Source: a virus (lineage: Duplodnaviria > Caudoviricetes). From it: a DNA stretch of 27,392 nt. Location: the IMG/VR virus record IMGVR_UViG_3300001352_000062, positions 1-27,392 of that record, one strand, 5' to 3'. Shown in pieces: positions 9,014 through 16,827 of this stretch (position 1 is the stretch's first letter; each line of letters opens with the position of its first letter). The notes under the pieces were generated by a model. The model was given only the letters and a program-made list of their open reading frames with translations. It was not told where the DNA came from and did not search any database. The position numbers were made by a program, and so were the translations under genes.

Positions 9014-9966
9014 TGGCTGCACCTAGAAAACCACAACCAAAGTCTCAATTGACTTTAAGTAACCAAAAAATAACCCCATTCCCTGGTATTGAGAATAGAG
9101 GAGGTCAGGACAATCCTAATAAGGTTGATGAGTTACGTAATACCCATTCAAATTATCAAGAAACCGGAATCCCTTTTAACCGATCTACTAAGATGAGTTT
9201 TAAGGAGGATAATACTAAACAGTATTCTATTGGAATTAAAGATTTAGATGAATCTGTATTTTATTATTTTAAAAATGTTATAAAACCTTTTGTATATCAA
9301 AATGCTACTAGAAGGGATGTGCCAGTATTATATGGTGCTTCTGAAAGGTGGAACCAATATCAAAAAGACGGGTCATATAGAGATAAAAGTGGCGCTATAA
9401 TGTTACCTATTATTGTAATTAAAAGAAATAGTATTTCAAAGGATAGGACAGTTGCTAATAAATTAGATGCTAATCAACCCAACTTATATGGTACGTGGTC
9501 TAAACAATTTAGCAAAAAGAATTTTTATAGTAACTTTTCCACTTTAAATAATAGAAAACCAGTAGAAAAATTTCATGTAGTAGCCCAACCAGATTATGTA
9601 ACAATAGAATATAGTTGCCTAATTCAAACATATTATATGGAACAATTAAATAAAATAATTGAAGCCTGTGAATATGCATCTGATGCTTATTGGGGTAATC
9701 CTGAAAGATTTCAATTTAGAGCATTTATAGACCAATTTACAACTGCTACTGAGTTAAACCAAGGGCAAGACAGATTAGTAAAAGGTGAATTTAACTTAAG
9801 ATTACGAGGATACATAATTCCAGATACAATTCAAAAAGAATTAAACTCAACTAAAGTATATAACTCAAAAGCTAAAGTAACAATTACAACTGAAGCTGTT
9901 AGTAATTTAGAGGATACTACTACCCCAATTCAAAACCCTACTACAGATGGTCGCAGTAGAGTGTAA
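9013..9966 (+). CDS. Tail terminator/sheath stabiliser (gp15-like)
   Basis: Coupled by TAATG to the previous gene. VPVLYG..ERW, LPIIVI and PDYVTIEY motifs. Lies before the sheath gene. Confidence 0.65.
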   Translation: MAAPRKPQPKSQLTLSNQKITPFPGIENRGGQDNPNKVDELRNTHSNYQETGIPFNRSTKMSFKEDNTKQYSIGIKDLDESVFYYFKNVIKPFVYQNATRRDVPVLYGASERWNQYQKDGSYRDKSGAIMLPIIVIKRNSISKDRTVANKLDANQPNLYGTWSKQFSKKNFYSNFSTLNNRKPVEKFHVVAQPDYVTIEYSCLIQTYYMEQLNKIIEACEYASDAYWGNPERFQFRAFIDQFTTATELNQGQDRLVKGEFNLRLRGYIIPDTIQKELNSTKVYNSKAKVTITTEAVSNLEDTTTPIQNPTTDGRSRV

Positions 9967-9983
9967 TTTTAACACCCCTATTA

Positions 9984-9993
9984 TATATTTATC
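9984..9993 (+). promoter_or_regulatory. Late promoter variant TATATTTATC
   Basis: 8/10 match to the motif, 19 nt before ATG 10013. Confidence 0.5.
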
Positions 9994-10012
9994 ATAAATT
10001 AAAACATCCAAA

Positions 10013-10264
10013 ATGGAAAGCAAACAGTTATCAGACAAAGAGTTACAACTTTTAAAAGATTATCAAGAAAAAATTAATGTAATAATAGTAAGTTTAGGTA
10101 AAATAGATTTACAAATAGATGCTTACAAAAGAAGTAAAGAAAAATTATTAAAAGAGTACCAAGAATTAGAAGTAAATCAACTAAAAACAGCCCAAGAATT
10201 ACAAGATAAATATGGGGAAGGTAATATTGATTTAACAGATGGAAAATTTACACCAATAAGTTAA
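10013..10264 (+). CDS. Small coiled-coil hypothetical protein (83 aa)
   Basis: Heptad-rich helix ending KYGEGNIDLTDGKF, with its own promoter motif and A-rich leader. Confidence 0.75.
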   Translation: MESKQLSDKELQLLKDYQEKINVIIVSLGKIDLQIDAYKRSKEKLLKEYQELEVNQLKTAQELQDKYGEGNIDLTDGKFTPIS

Positions 10265-10282
10265 TTTCTTGAAGAAATTTTT

Positions 10283-10292
10283 AATATTTATA
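10283..10292 (+). promoter_or_regulatory. Putative late promoter AATATTTATA
   Basis: Exact motif 28 nt before the sheath ATG. Confidence 0.7.
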
Positions 10293-10320
10293 ACAAAACA
10301 ATCAATAACAAAACATAACA

Positions 10321-12084
10321 ATGGCAGAAACATTATCATCTCCAGGTGTATTAGCAAGAGAAAATGACTCATCCTTTATTGGTGCGCGTCCTTTAACTTT
10401 TGGTGCCGCTATCATAGGCCCAGCTGTAAAAGGTCCCGTTGGAATACCAACAGCTGTTGGATCATTTTCCCAATATGAAGCTATTTTCGGAGGGTCCGTA
10501 GAAAGTGGATCTCAGTATTACACATATTTAAACTCAATAGCAGCAAGAAATTACTTTTCCCAAGGAGGTCAATCTCTTTTAGTTACTAGAGTAGTAACAG
10601 GATCATTTACATCAGCAGTTACTTCAGGAAGTACAGCAGGTGCTAATAATTCAGGAATTGTTACTTTAGGGTTTGCGGATGCTAATGATGCTGGTTACCA
10701 TGTATCAGCATTCCAATTATCAACTATTTCTGAAGGAACTATAATGAATAACTGGTCAGAAACAGATGCTGCTGGTGGTACTTTAAATGGTGGTACAGCT
10801 GATAACCTTAGATGGGAAATCGGATCTGTTAACACATCATCAGGTCAATTTTCATTATTTATTAGACGAGGTAATGATACATCAAATCAAAGAGCTATAT
10901 TAGAATCTTATAATAATTTATCAATGGATCCTACTGCTCCTAATTATGTAGCAAAGGCCATAGGTAATACTTTTCAAACAATAGAGCAAGATGGGACTGA
11001 TTACTATGTTAAAACCAATGGTGATTATGTTAATAGAAGTGCTTACGTTTATGTAAGTGCCGTAAATACTCCAACCCCACAATATTTTGATAATAACGGA
11101 ACTGTTAAACCAAACTTTACAGGTAGTATGCCTGCAGTAGGTTCAGGTTCATTTGCATCAGCCACTGGAAATAATTTTGAAAATGGTGATGCTTTATTTA
11201 ATCAAAACATAACAGCTACAAATATACAAGGTATTAGCCCAGATGATTATACATCATCAATTCAATTACTAAGTAATACTGATGATTACCAATTTAATGT
11301 AATCTCAGCTCCTGGATTAATAGGAACTTTACATACACAAACAGCACAATTAGTTTCCTTAGCACAAGGTAGAACAGATTGTATTTCAGTAATTGATTTA
11401 GTGCCATACAATAGTACTATCGGAACAGTAACAAATGAGGCAGCAGGATATGATACGTCATATTCAGCTACATACTGGCCGTGGTTACAAACAATCGACA
11501 CAGCCACTGGACAAACCGTTTGGGCACCAGCTTCAACGTATATTCCAGCAGTATATGCATTTACTGATGCATCTTCAGACCCATGGTTCGCACCAGCAGG
11601 TTTAATTAGAGGAGCTTTAGGAAGTGTAATTAGAGCAGAAAGAAAATTAACAGCAGGTAATAGAGATACTTTATACGAAGCAAATGTTAACCCAATTGCA
11701 ACATTCCCAGGAAGTGGAGTTGTAGTATTTGGACAGAAAACATTACAGAAAAGAGCAAGTGCTTTAGATCGTGTAAATGTACGTAGATTGCTAATTGCTC
11801 TTAAAGGATACATTACTCAAGTATCGGATAACTTAGTATTTGAACAAAATACAATTGCTACAAGAAACAATTTCTTAGCACAAGTTAACCCATACTTAGA
11901 ATCAGTACAACAAAGACAAGGTTTGTATGCTTTCCAAGTAGTAATGGATGAGACAAACAACACACCAGATGTTATTGATAGAAATGAGCTAGTAGGACAA
12001 ATTTACCTACAACCAACTAAAACAGCAGAATTCGTAATTTTAGATTTCAATGTTTTACCAACTGGAGCAACATTTCCTGAATAA
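10321..12084 (+). CDS. gp18: Tail sheath protein (gp18-like)
   Basis: SPGVLAREND N-terminus. C-terminal YWPW, PWFAPAGLIRG, NPIATFPG..VVFGQKTL, RVNVRRLL, FEQN, NNTPDVIDRNEL, IYLQPTKTAEFV. Confidence 0.95.
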   Translation: MAETLSSPGVLARENDSSFIGARPLTFGAAIIGPAVKGPVGIPTAVGSFSQYEAIFGGSVESGSQYYTYLNSIAARNYFSQGGQSLLVTRVVTGSFTSAVTSGSTAGANNSGIVTLGFADANDAGYHVSAFQLSTISEGTIMNNWSETDAAGGTLNGGTADNLRWEIGSVNTSSGQFSLFIRRGNDTSNQRAILESYNNLSMDPTAPNYVAKAIGNTFQTIEQDGTDYYVKTNGDYVNRSAYVYVSAVNTPTPQYFDNNGTVKPNFTGSMPAVGSGSFASATGNNFENGDALFNQNITATNIQGISPDDYTSSIQLLSNTDDYQFNVISAPGLIGTLHTQTAQLVSLAQGRTDCISVIDLVPYNSTIGTVTNEAAGYDTSYSATYWPWLQTIDTATGQTVWAPASTYIPAVYAFTDASSDPWFAPAGLIRGALGSVIRAERKLTAGNRDTLYEANVNPIATFPGSGVVVFGQKTLQKRASALDRVNVRRLLIALKGYITQVSDNLVFEQNTIATRNNFLAQVNPYLESVQQRQGLYAFQVVMDETNNTPDVIDRNELVGQIYLQPTKTAEFVILDFNVLPTGATFPE

Positions 12085-12098
12085 AAACAAAATATATC

Positions 12099-12108
12099 AA
12101 TATTTATA
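12099..12108 (+). promoter_or_regulatory. Putative late promoter AATATTTATA
   Basis: Exact motif 18 nt before the tube ATG. Confidence 0.7.
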
Positions 12109-12126
12109 ATAAAATAAAACAATAAA

Positions 12127-12615
12127 ATGGCAGTATTAGACCCAAACGAAATATTTTATACAGCATTTGAGCCAAAACAGGCAAATAGATTTATCATGTA
12201 TGTTGATGGAATCCCTTCATATCAAATTAAAGCTATGGGAGCTGTTTCATTATCCCAAGGATCAGTACCTTTAAACCATATAAACGTACAACGTTTTGTT
12301 AAAGGTAAAACAACTTGGAATACAATTCAAATGACGTTATTTGATCCAATTACTCCAAGTGGTGCACAAGCAGTAATGGAGTGGGTTAGACTACACCATG
12401 AATCAGTAACAGGTAGAGACGGGTATAGTGATTTCTATAAAAAAGATTTAACTATGAACGTATTAGGACCTGTAGGTGATATCGTATCTGAATGGATTAT
12501 CAAAGGAGCACTTATCACAGAAGCTACCTTTGGAGATTACAATTGGGATACAGAAAGTACTGCAGTTGAATTACAAATCACAGTTCAACCAGATTACTGT
12601 ATATTGAACTTTTAA
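12127..12615 (+). CDS. gp19: Tail tube protein (gp19-like)
   Basis: 162 aa directly after the sheath gene. FEPKQANRF, GKTTWNTIQMTLFDP, YKKDL...LGPVG...EW...GA motifs. Confidence 0.9.
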   Translation: MAVLDPNEIFYTAFEPKQANRFIMYVDGIPSYQIKAMGAVSLSQGSVPLNHINVQRFVKGKTTWNTIQMTLFDPITPSGAQAVMEWVRLHHESVTGRDGYSDFYKKDLTMNVLGPVGDIVSEWIIKGALITEATFGDYNWDTESTAVELQITVQPDYCILNF

Positions 12616-12647
12616 AAATAATTTTTTTACCCTTCCTTTTGAAAATT

Positions 12648-12673
12648 GCTTGGCTTTGGCCAAGCTTTTTTTT
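12648..12673 (+). terminator. Rho-independent terminator after the tail tube gene
   Basis: GCTTGGC-TTTG-GCCAAGC followed by T8. Confidence 0.9.
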
Positions 12674-12678
12674 ATATT
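12651..12678 (+). promoter_or_regulatory. Putative early/middle promoter (TGG-N19-TATATT) overlapping the terminator
   Basis: Same TGG-to-TATATT spacing as the copies at 23463-23490 and 25234-25261. Confidence 0.45.
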
Positions 12679-12685
12679 ACATAAC

Positions 12686-12712
12686 AGTATTAAAAGGAAT
12701 AGTTCTTTAAAC
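12686..12712. repeat. Left arm of 27-bp inverted repeat
   Basis: AGTATTAAAAGGAATAGTTCTTTAAAC. The reverse complement of 13009-13035 is AGTATTAAAAAGGAAAGTTCTTAAAAC. Confidence 0.8.
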
Positions 12713-12730
12713 ATTTAAAAAGAACAAAAT

Positions 12731-13000
12731 ATGGAAAATTTAGAATTTATGTTAGGTGTCCTATCCACAGTAGGTGTATTCTTAGTAGGGTATGCTTCGA
12801 TAGGGGTATTTAAGGTGAAAGCCAAAGTAAAAGATATTAACCAATCTGTAGATAAAGCTTATTTAGCTATGGATGAAATAAGCAAAGATCATTATAATAA
12901 TGTGAATGACTTGCGATTAGATTGCCAAAATCAAATTGATGAACTATATAGACATATAGATTCAAGATTTGATAAGTTTGAAAATAGAATAAATAAATAA
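12731..13000 (+). CDS. Small single-pass membrane protein with C-terminal coiled coil (89 aa)
   Basis: Hydrophobic N-terminal helix (FMLGVLSTVGVFLVGYASIGVF), then basic KVKAKVK and a heptad-rich tail. Confidence 0.75.
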   Translation: MENLEFMLGVLSTVGVFLVGYASIGVFKVKAKVKDINQSVDKAYLAMDEISKDHYNNVNDLRLDCQNQIDELYRHIDSRFDKFENRINK

Positions 13001-13008
13001 TAATAACC

Positions 13009-13035
13009 GTTTTAAGAACTTTCCTTTTTAATACT
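13009..13035. repeat. Right arm of 27-bp inverted repeat
   Basis: GTTTTAAGAACTTTCCTTTTTAATACT pairs with 12686-12712 with 1 mismatch and 2 single-base bulges. Confidence 0.8.
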
Positions 13036-13039
13036 TATT
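13030..13039 (+). promoter_or_regulatory. Late promoter variant AATACTTATT
   Basis: 8/10 match, upstream of ATG 13074. Needed to restart transcription after the 12648 terminator. Confidence 0.4.
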
Positions 13040-13073
13040 AATGACAATAAAGTTATAACTAAATAAAATTTAT

Positions 13074-13805
13074 ATGAGTGAATTTAAATTCCCAACCGAA
13101 GAGGTTGAATTGCCTTCTAAAGGCCTAATCTATCCAAAAGACCACCCTTTATCTAGTGGTAAAGTAGAAATTAAATATATGACAGCAAAGGAAGAAGATA
13201 TCCTTTCTAATCAATCATTTATCCAAAAAGGTAATGTATTGGAAAAATTACTTAGATCAGTTATAATAAATAAAGATATTAATGTAGATGATTTAATAGT
13301 TGGTGATAAAAATGCATTATTAATTGCTACTCGTATTTTAGGATATGGTAAAGAATATGATATAGTAGTAAAGGGTCAAAATTATACTTTAGATATGTCA
13401 TCTTTAGAAAATAAAGAATTTGATGAGTCTAAATTTGAAGCAGGTAAAAATGAATTTAATTTTACAACCCCTTCTACTGGAACTGTTTTAACATACCAAC
13501 TAGCTACAGGTAAATTAGAAAAACAAATAGACCGAGAGTTAGCAGGTCTTAAAAAAATTAATAAAGAAAATTCTACAGAGCTTACTACAAGACTAAAATA
13601 TCTAATAACATCCGTGGATGGTAGTGAAGAAAAAAAAGATATTAGAGACTTTGTAGATAATATGTTTCTAGCACGGGATTCAAGAGCATTTAGAGACCAC
13701 GTTGCAGCAACCCAACCAGATGTAAATTTATCATACATTTTGGATAATGGAGAGGAGGTGACCATTCCAATTGGTCTAAACTTTTTTTGGCCTGACTACA
13801 ACTAA
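13074..13805 (+). CDS. Baseplate hub/tail assembly chaperone (gp26-like)
   Basis: VELPSKG, IKYMTAKEEDIL, L.VGDKNALLIATRILGYG and C-terminal IPIGLNFFWP. Located between tube and tape measure genes. Confidence 0.8.
   Translation: MSEFKFPTEEVELPSKGLIYPKDHPLSSGKVEIKYMTAKEEDILSNQSFIQKGNVLEKLLRSVIINKDINVDDLIVGDKNALLIATRILGYGKEYDIVVKGQNYTLDMSSLENKEFDESKFEAGKNEFNFTTPSTGTVLTYQLATGKLEKQIDRELAGLKKINKENSTELTTRLKYLITSVDGSEEKKDIRDFVDNMFLARDSRAFRDHVAATQPDVNLSYILDNGEEVTIPIGLNFFWPDYN
13779..13791 (+). other. Putative programmed ribosomal frameshift site AAC TTT TTT TGG C (+1 or -2)
   Basis: T7 run 13782-13788. The downstream frame opens at 13780, just after TAA 13777-13779. Confidence 0.65.
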
Positions 13806-14088
13806 TGCCCCTGAGGTACGTTTAAATCTTTTTAGAATAATCCACCAATTAGTCTTCCATGGTAAAGGTGGATATGACTTTAATACCATATATAATATGC
13901 CTATATGGTTAAGGAAATTTACTTATTCTGAAATAAAAGATTTTAACAACGAGGAAAAGAAAGCCTATGAAAACAACTCCCCAGGGGGTAAAAATCAAAA
14001 AAATATGATTAATTCTGATGGTAAAATTAACACACCTGATTTTGCTTCAGCATCTAAACCCTATAAGGGTAAAACAAGTTATAATTAG
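13780..14088 (+). CDS. gp51-like/GT-type chaperone extension. The open frame extends 39 codons upstream of the track's ATG 13897.
   Basis: Frame reads TFFGLTTTNAPEVRLNLFRIIHQLVFHGKGGYDFNTIYNMPIWLRKF... with no ATG before 13897. Confidence 0.7.
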   Translation, partial: TFFGLTTTNAPEVRLNLFRIIHQLVFHGKGGYDFNTIYNMPIWLRKFTYSEIKDFNNEEKKAYENNSPGGKNQKNMINSDGKINTPDFASASKPYKGKTSYN

Positions 14089-14089
14089 T

Positions 14090-14099
14090 AATATTTATA
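14090..14099 (+). promoter_or_regulatory. Putative late promoter AATATTTATA
   Basis: Exact motif 13 nt before ATG 14113. Confidence 0.7.
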
Positions 14100-14112
14100 A
14101 TAAAATACCTAC

Positions 14113-16557
14113 ATGGCTGGCGAACAACAAGCAAGAAATGCACTTTCATTTAAAGAATTATTAGAGGAACAAAACCGTCTATTAAAAGAACAGGTACGGA
14201 TAGAAAACGATCGCCTGAAAATTCAGAAAGATGAACTGGGCATCCAAAATGACATTAGTAATGTTATTAAGGATCAAGCAAAAATACTTACTTTTCAAAA
14301 AGCTGAAAGATCTGCTATTTTAAGGTCTACTAATTCTATATCTAAATTACAAGAATCACTTTCGGTAATGGATCGAAAGGAATTAGGTACTAAAAAAGCA
14401 CTTAATAAACTAAAAGGTGACCAGTTAAAAGTTGAAAAAAATATAAGGTTACTCCAATTAACAAGGTCTGGGATTTTAAAAGACCAAACAGGCTTAACTA
14501 AAAAGCAAATTGAAGCTAACACAATTTTAGTAGGATCTATTGATGATCAAATTGAAGGTGCTTTAAAACTTAACCTAGCATTACAAGAAACACAAAATTT
14601 ATCACAAGTATTATCTAATAATTTTGGTGTTAAAGCCTTTAGCAATTTATCTGAAGCTGTAAAATCAATACCGGGATTAACAGCATTCTCAGCACCCTTT
14701 GAGGCTGCCTCTGAAGCATCCTTAAAAACTTCTCAAGATATAGAAAATTCCCTAAAAACTGGGAAAGGTTTAACCAAAGATATGGTTAAAAGATTAGGCC
14801 TAGAAGATAAATTAAAATCTAAAAGTGGGGAAACATTATCGGGAACATCAGCTGCTGTTAAGTACAAGAAATTAGGAGCCCCTGATGGTAAGAAATTATT
14901 GGGTGTTATTGATAGAAAAGGGTTCATGTCAGCTATGTCTGGTATTAAATCACTAGGTAAATCCTTAACAACCGCCTTAGCCCCTGCAGCATTGCTTGCA
15001 GGCCTACTTAATGCCTTAATAGCATCGGATAAAGCAGCGGGGGATATGGCTAAGAGTATGAATATGACATACAAAGAAGCTCTTGGCACTCGAGATGAAC
15101 TCCAACAAATGGCTAACTCTTCATTGGATAATTTTGTTACTTTAAAGGGGATGGATGAAACCTACCAATCAATAAATAAAGCATTAGGTACTGGAGTAGA
15201 TGTTAGTGAGGAAATGTTAACTCAATTTACCCAATTGAGGGAAAGAGCAGGGCTTACTAATGAAGAATTACAAGGCATTGCAGCAATTTCATTAACTACC
15301 GGTAAATCCGTGAAAGATATTACAGGTGAATTTATGGCCCAGGCTAAATTATCTGCAATGCAAAATGGTGTTTTATTAAATGAAAAAGATTTAGTAAAAG
15401 ATATAGGCAAAGTATCTGCAGCAACAACATTATCATTTGGGAAAAACCCAGTATTAATAGCTGAGGCTGTTGCAACAGCTAAGTCCTTGGGTATGGAATT
15501 ATCTAAAGTAGACGCTATTGCAAGTAGTTTACTGGATTTTGAATCTTCTATTTCAAACGAATTAGAAGCAGAACTTTTACTAAATAAAGATTTAAATTTA
15601 GAAAAAGCAAGACAAGCAGCTTTAAACAATGATTTAGCTACAGTAGCCAAAGAAATTTCAGAACAAGCTGGATCTTCTGCTGAATTTGGTGAAATGAATA
15701 GAATACAACAGGAAGCATTAGCTAAATCTGTTGGGATGTCTAGGGAAGATTTAGCACAAACTTTATATGTACAAGAACAATTATTAGGGCTTACAGGGGA
15801 ACAAGCAAAAGCAGAAGAAGCTGCAATAAATAAAAGAATAGCAGCGGTTGGTCTAGAACAAACACAAAAAGAATTAGCTGAAGGTAGTGTTCAAGATTTA
15901 ATGGATCAGAATAGTCAAGCCGACAAACTAGCTGCTACTTTATCAAAATTAAACGAATTATTTGTAATGATAGCTTCACCTATTTTAGCAATAACCGAAC
16001 ATCTTATGCCTATACTAAAAGGTGTTGCGTGGTTAATAGGGGGTATAGGAAAGGTTGGCGATGGTTTTAAGAGAGCGGGTGAATGGGTAACAGAAATGAC
16101 AAGTGGTTTAGGATTTTTAGGTAGTATATTACGTGGTATAGCTTACTTAGCAGTATTAATATCATCTTACTTTGCATTCCAGGCATTGGCTTGGATACCA
16201 GTTGTAGGTCCTCTTTTAGGGGCGGCAGCAGCCGCAACTATTGTTACTGCAGGTTTTAGTGCTATTAATTCTTCTCCTAAAAAAGTAGGGGATGTGGATT
16301 CACCCGCAGATGGTAAAACCATAGTATCAACAAAAGAAGGAGGTATATTTGAAGCTTCCCCTAACGACGATTTAGTATTAGCCCCAGGAGCCTCTAAAAG
16401 GATGCAAAATGGTCAAACAACTCAAATAACCCAAACCGCAGTAGTTGCTGATAATAGCAAGATAGAAAAATTATTAAGCGAAATGTTAACGGGTCAAACA
16501 CAACTAATTAAGAAAACACCAGAAATGGCTCCTTTAGCTATGTACGAAGTACAATAG
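14113..16557 (+). CDS. Tape measure protein
   Basis: 814 aa, helical and A/L/K/Q-rich with hydrophobic segments near the C-terminus. Follows the chaperone genes. Confidence 0.85.
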   Translation: MAGEQQARNALSFKELLEEQNRLLKEQVRIENDRLKIQKDELGIQNDISNVIKDQAKILTFQKAERSAILRSTNSISKLQESLSVMDRKELGTKKALNKLKGDQLKVEKNIRLLQLTRSGILKDQTGLTKKQIEANTILVGSIDDQIEGALKLNLALQETQNLSQVLSNNFGVKAFSNLSEAVKSIPGLTAFSAPFEAASEASLKTSQDIENSLKTGKGLTKDMVKRLGLEDKLKSKSGETLSGTSAAVKYKKLGAPDGKKLLGVIDRKGFMSAMSGIKSLGKSLTTALAPAALLAGLLNALIASDKAAGDMAKSMNMTYKEALGTRDELQQMANSSLDNFVTLKGMDETYQSINKALGTGVDVSEEMLTQFTQLRERAGLTNEELQGIAAISLTTGKSVKDITGEFMAQAKLSAMQNGVLLNEKDLVKDIGKVSAATTLSFGKNPVLIAEAVATAKSLGMELSKVDAIASSLLDFESSISNELEAELLLNKDLNLEKARQAALNNDLATVAKEISEQAGSSAEFGEMNRIQQEALAKSVGMSREDLAQTLYVQEQLLGLTGEQAKAEEAAINKRIAAVGLEQTQKELAEGSVQDLMDQNSQADKLAATLSKLNELFVMIASPILAITEHLMPILKGVAWLIGGIGKVGDGFKRAGEWVTEMTSGLGFLGSILRGIAYLAVLISSYFAFQALAWIPVVGPLLGAAAAATIVTAGFSAINSSPKKVGDVDSPADGKTIVSTKEGGIFEASPNDDLVLAPGASKRMQNGQTTQITQTAVVADNSKIEKLLSEMLTGQTQLIKKTPEMAPLAMYEVQ

Positions 16558-16560
16558 TTC

Positions 16561-16570
16561 AATATTTATA
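16561..16570 (+). promoter_or_regulatory. Putative late promoter AATATTTATA
   Basis: Exact motif 16 nt before ATG 16587. Confidence 0.7.
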
Positions 16571-16586
16571 ATAAAACAATACAATT

Positions 16587-16823
16587 ATGAGTTTATTAAA
16601 CAGATTAACATTAGCGGGTTCAGAATTAAGTGGGTTAAATGGTGCAACACCTTCTATACCAAACTTTCAACAATCAACCTTACACAAAGACTATTCAACT
16701 AACGGTATTCCAGATGCTGCAAATGTAGCACCAGAAAATGGCGTTTTACCTTCTCCTTCTTTACTTGACCGTGGAAGTGCTTTAACAACTAAACAAAATT
16801 ATTTACAACGTTTACCTCAATAG
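16587..16823 (+). CDS. Small hypothetical tail/baseplate-region protein (78 aa)
   Basis: ORF with promoter motif and A-rich leader, 4 nt from the next gene. Confidence 0.7.
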   Translation: MSLLNRLTLAGSELSGLNGATPSIPNFQQSTLHKDYSTNGIPDAANVAPENGVLPSPSLLDRGSALTTKQNYLQRLPQ

Positions 16824-16827
16824 ATAG

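Noticed and set aside
13805-13825. TAATG-coupled start after the gp26-like stop
   Set aside because: Gives only MPLRYV* and is not in the frame of the downstream gp51-like region.
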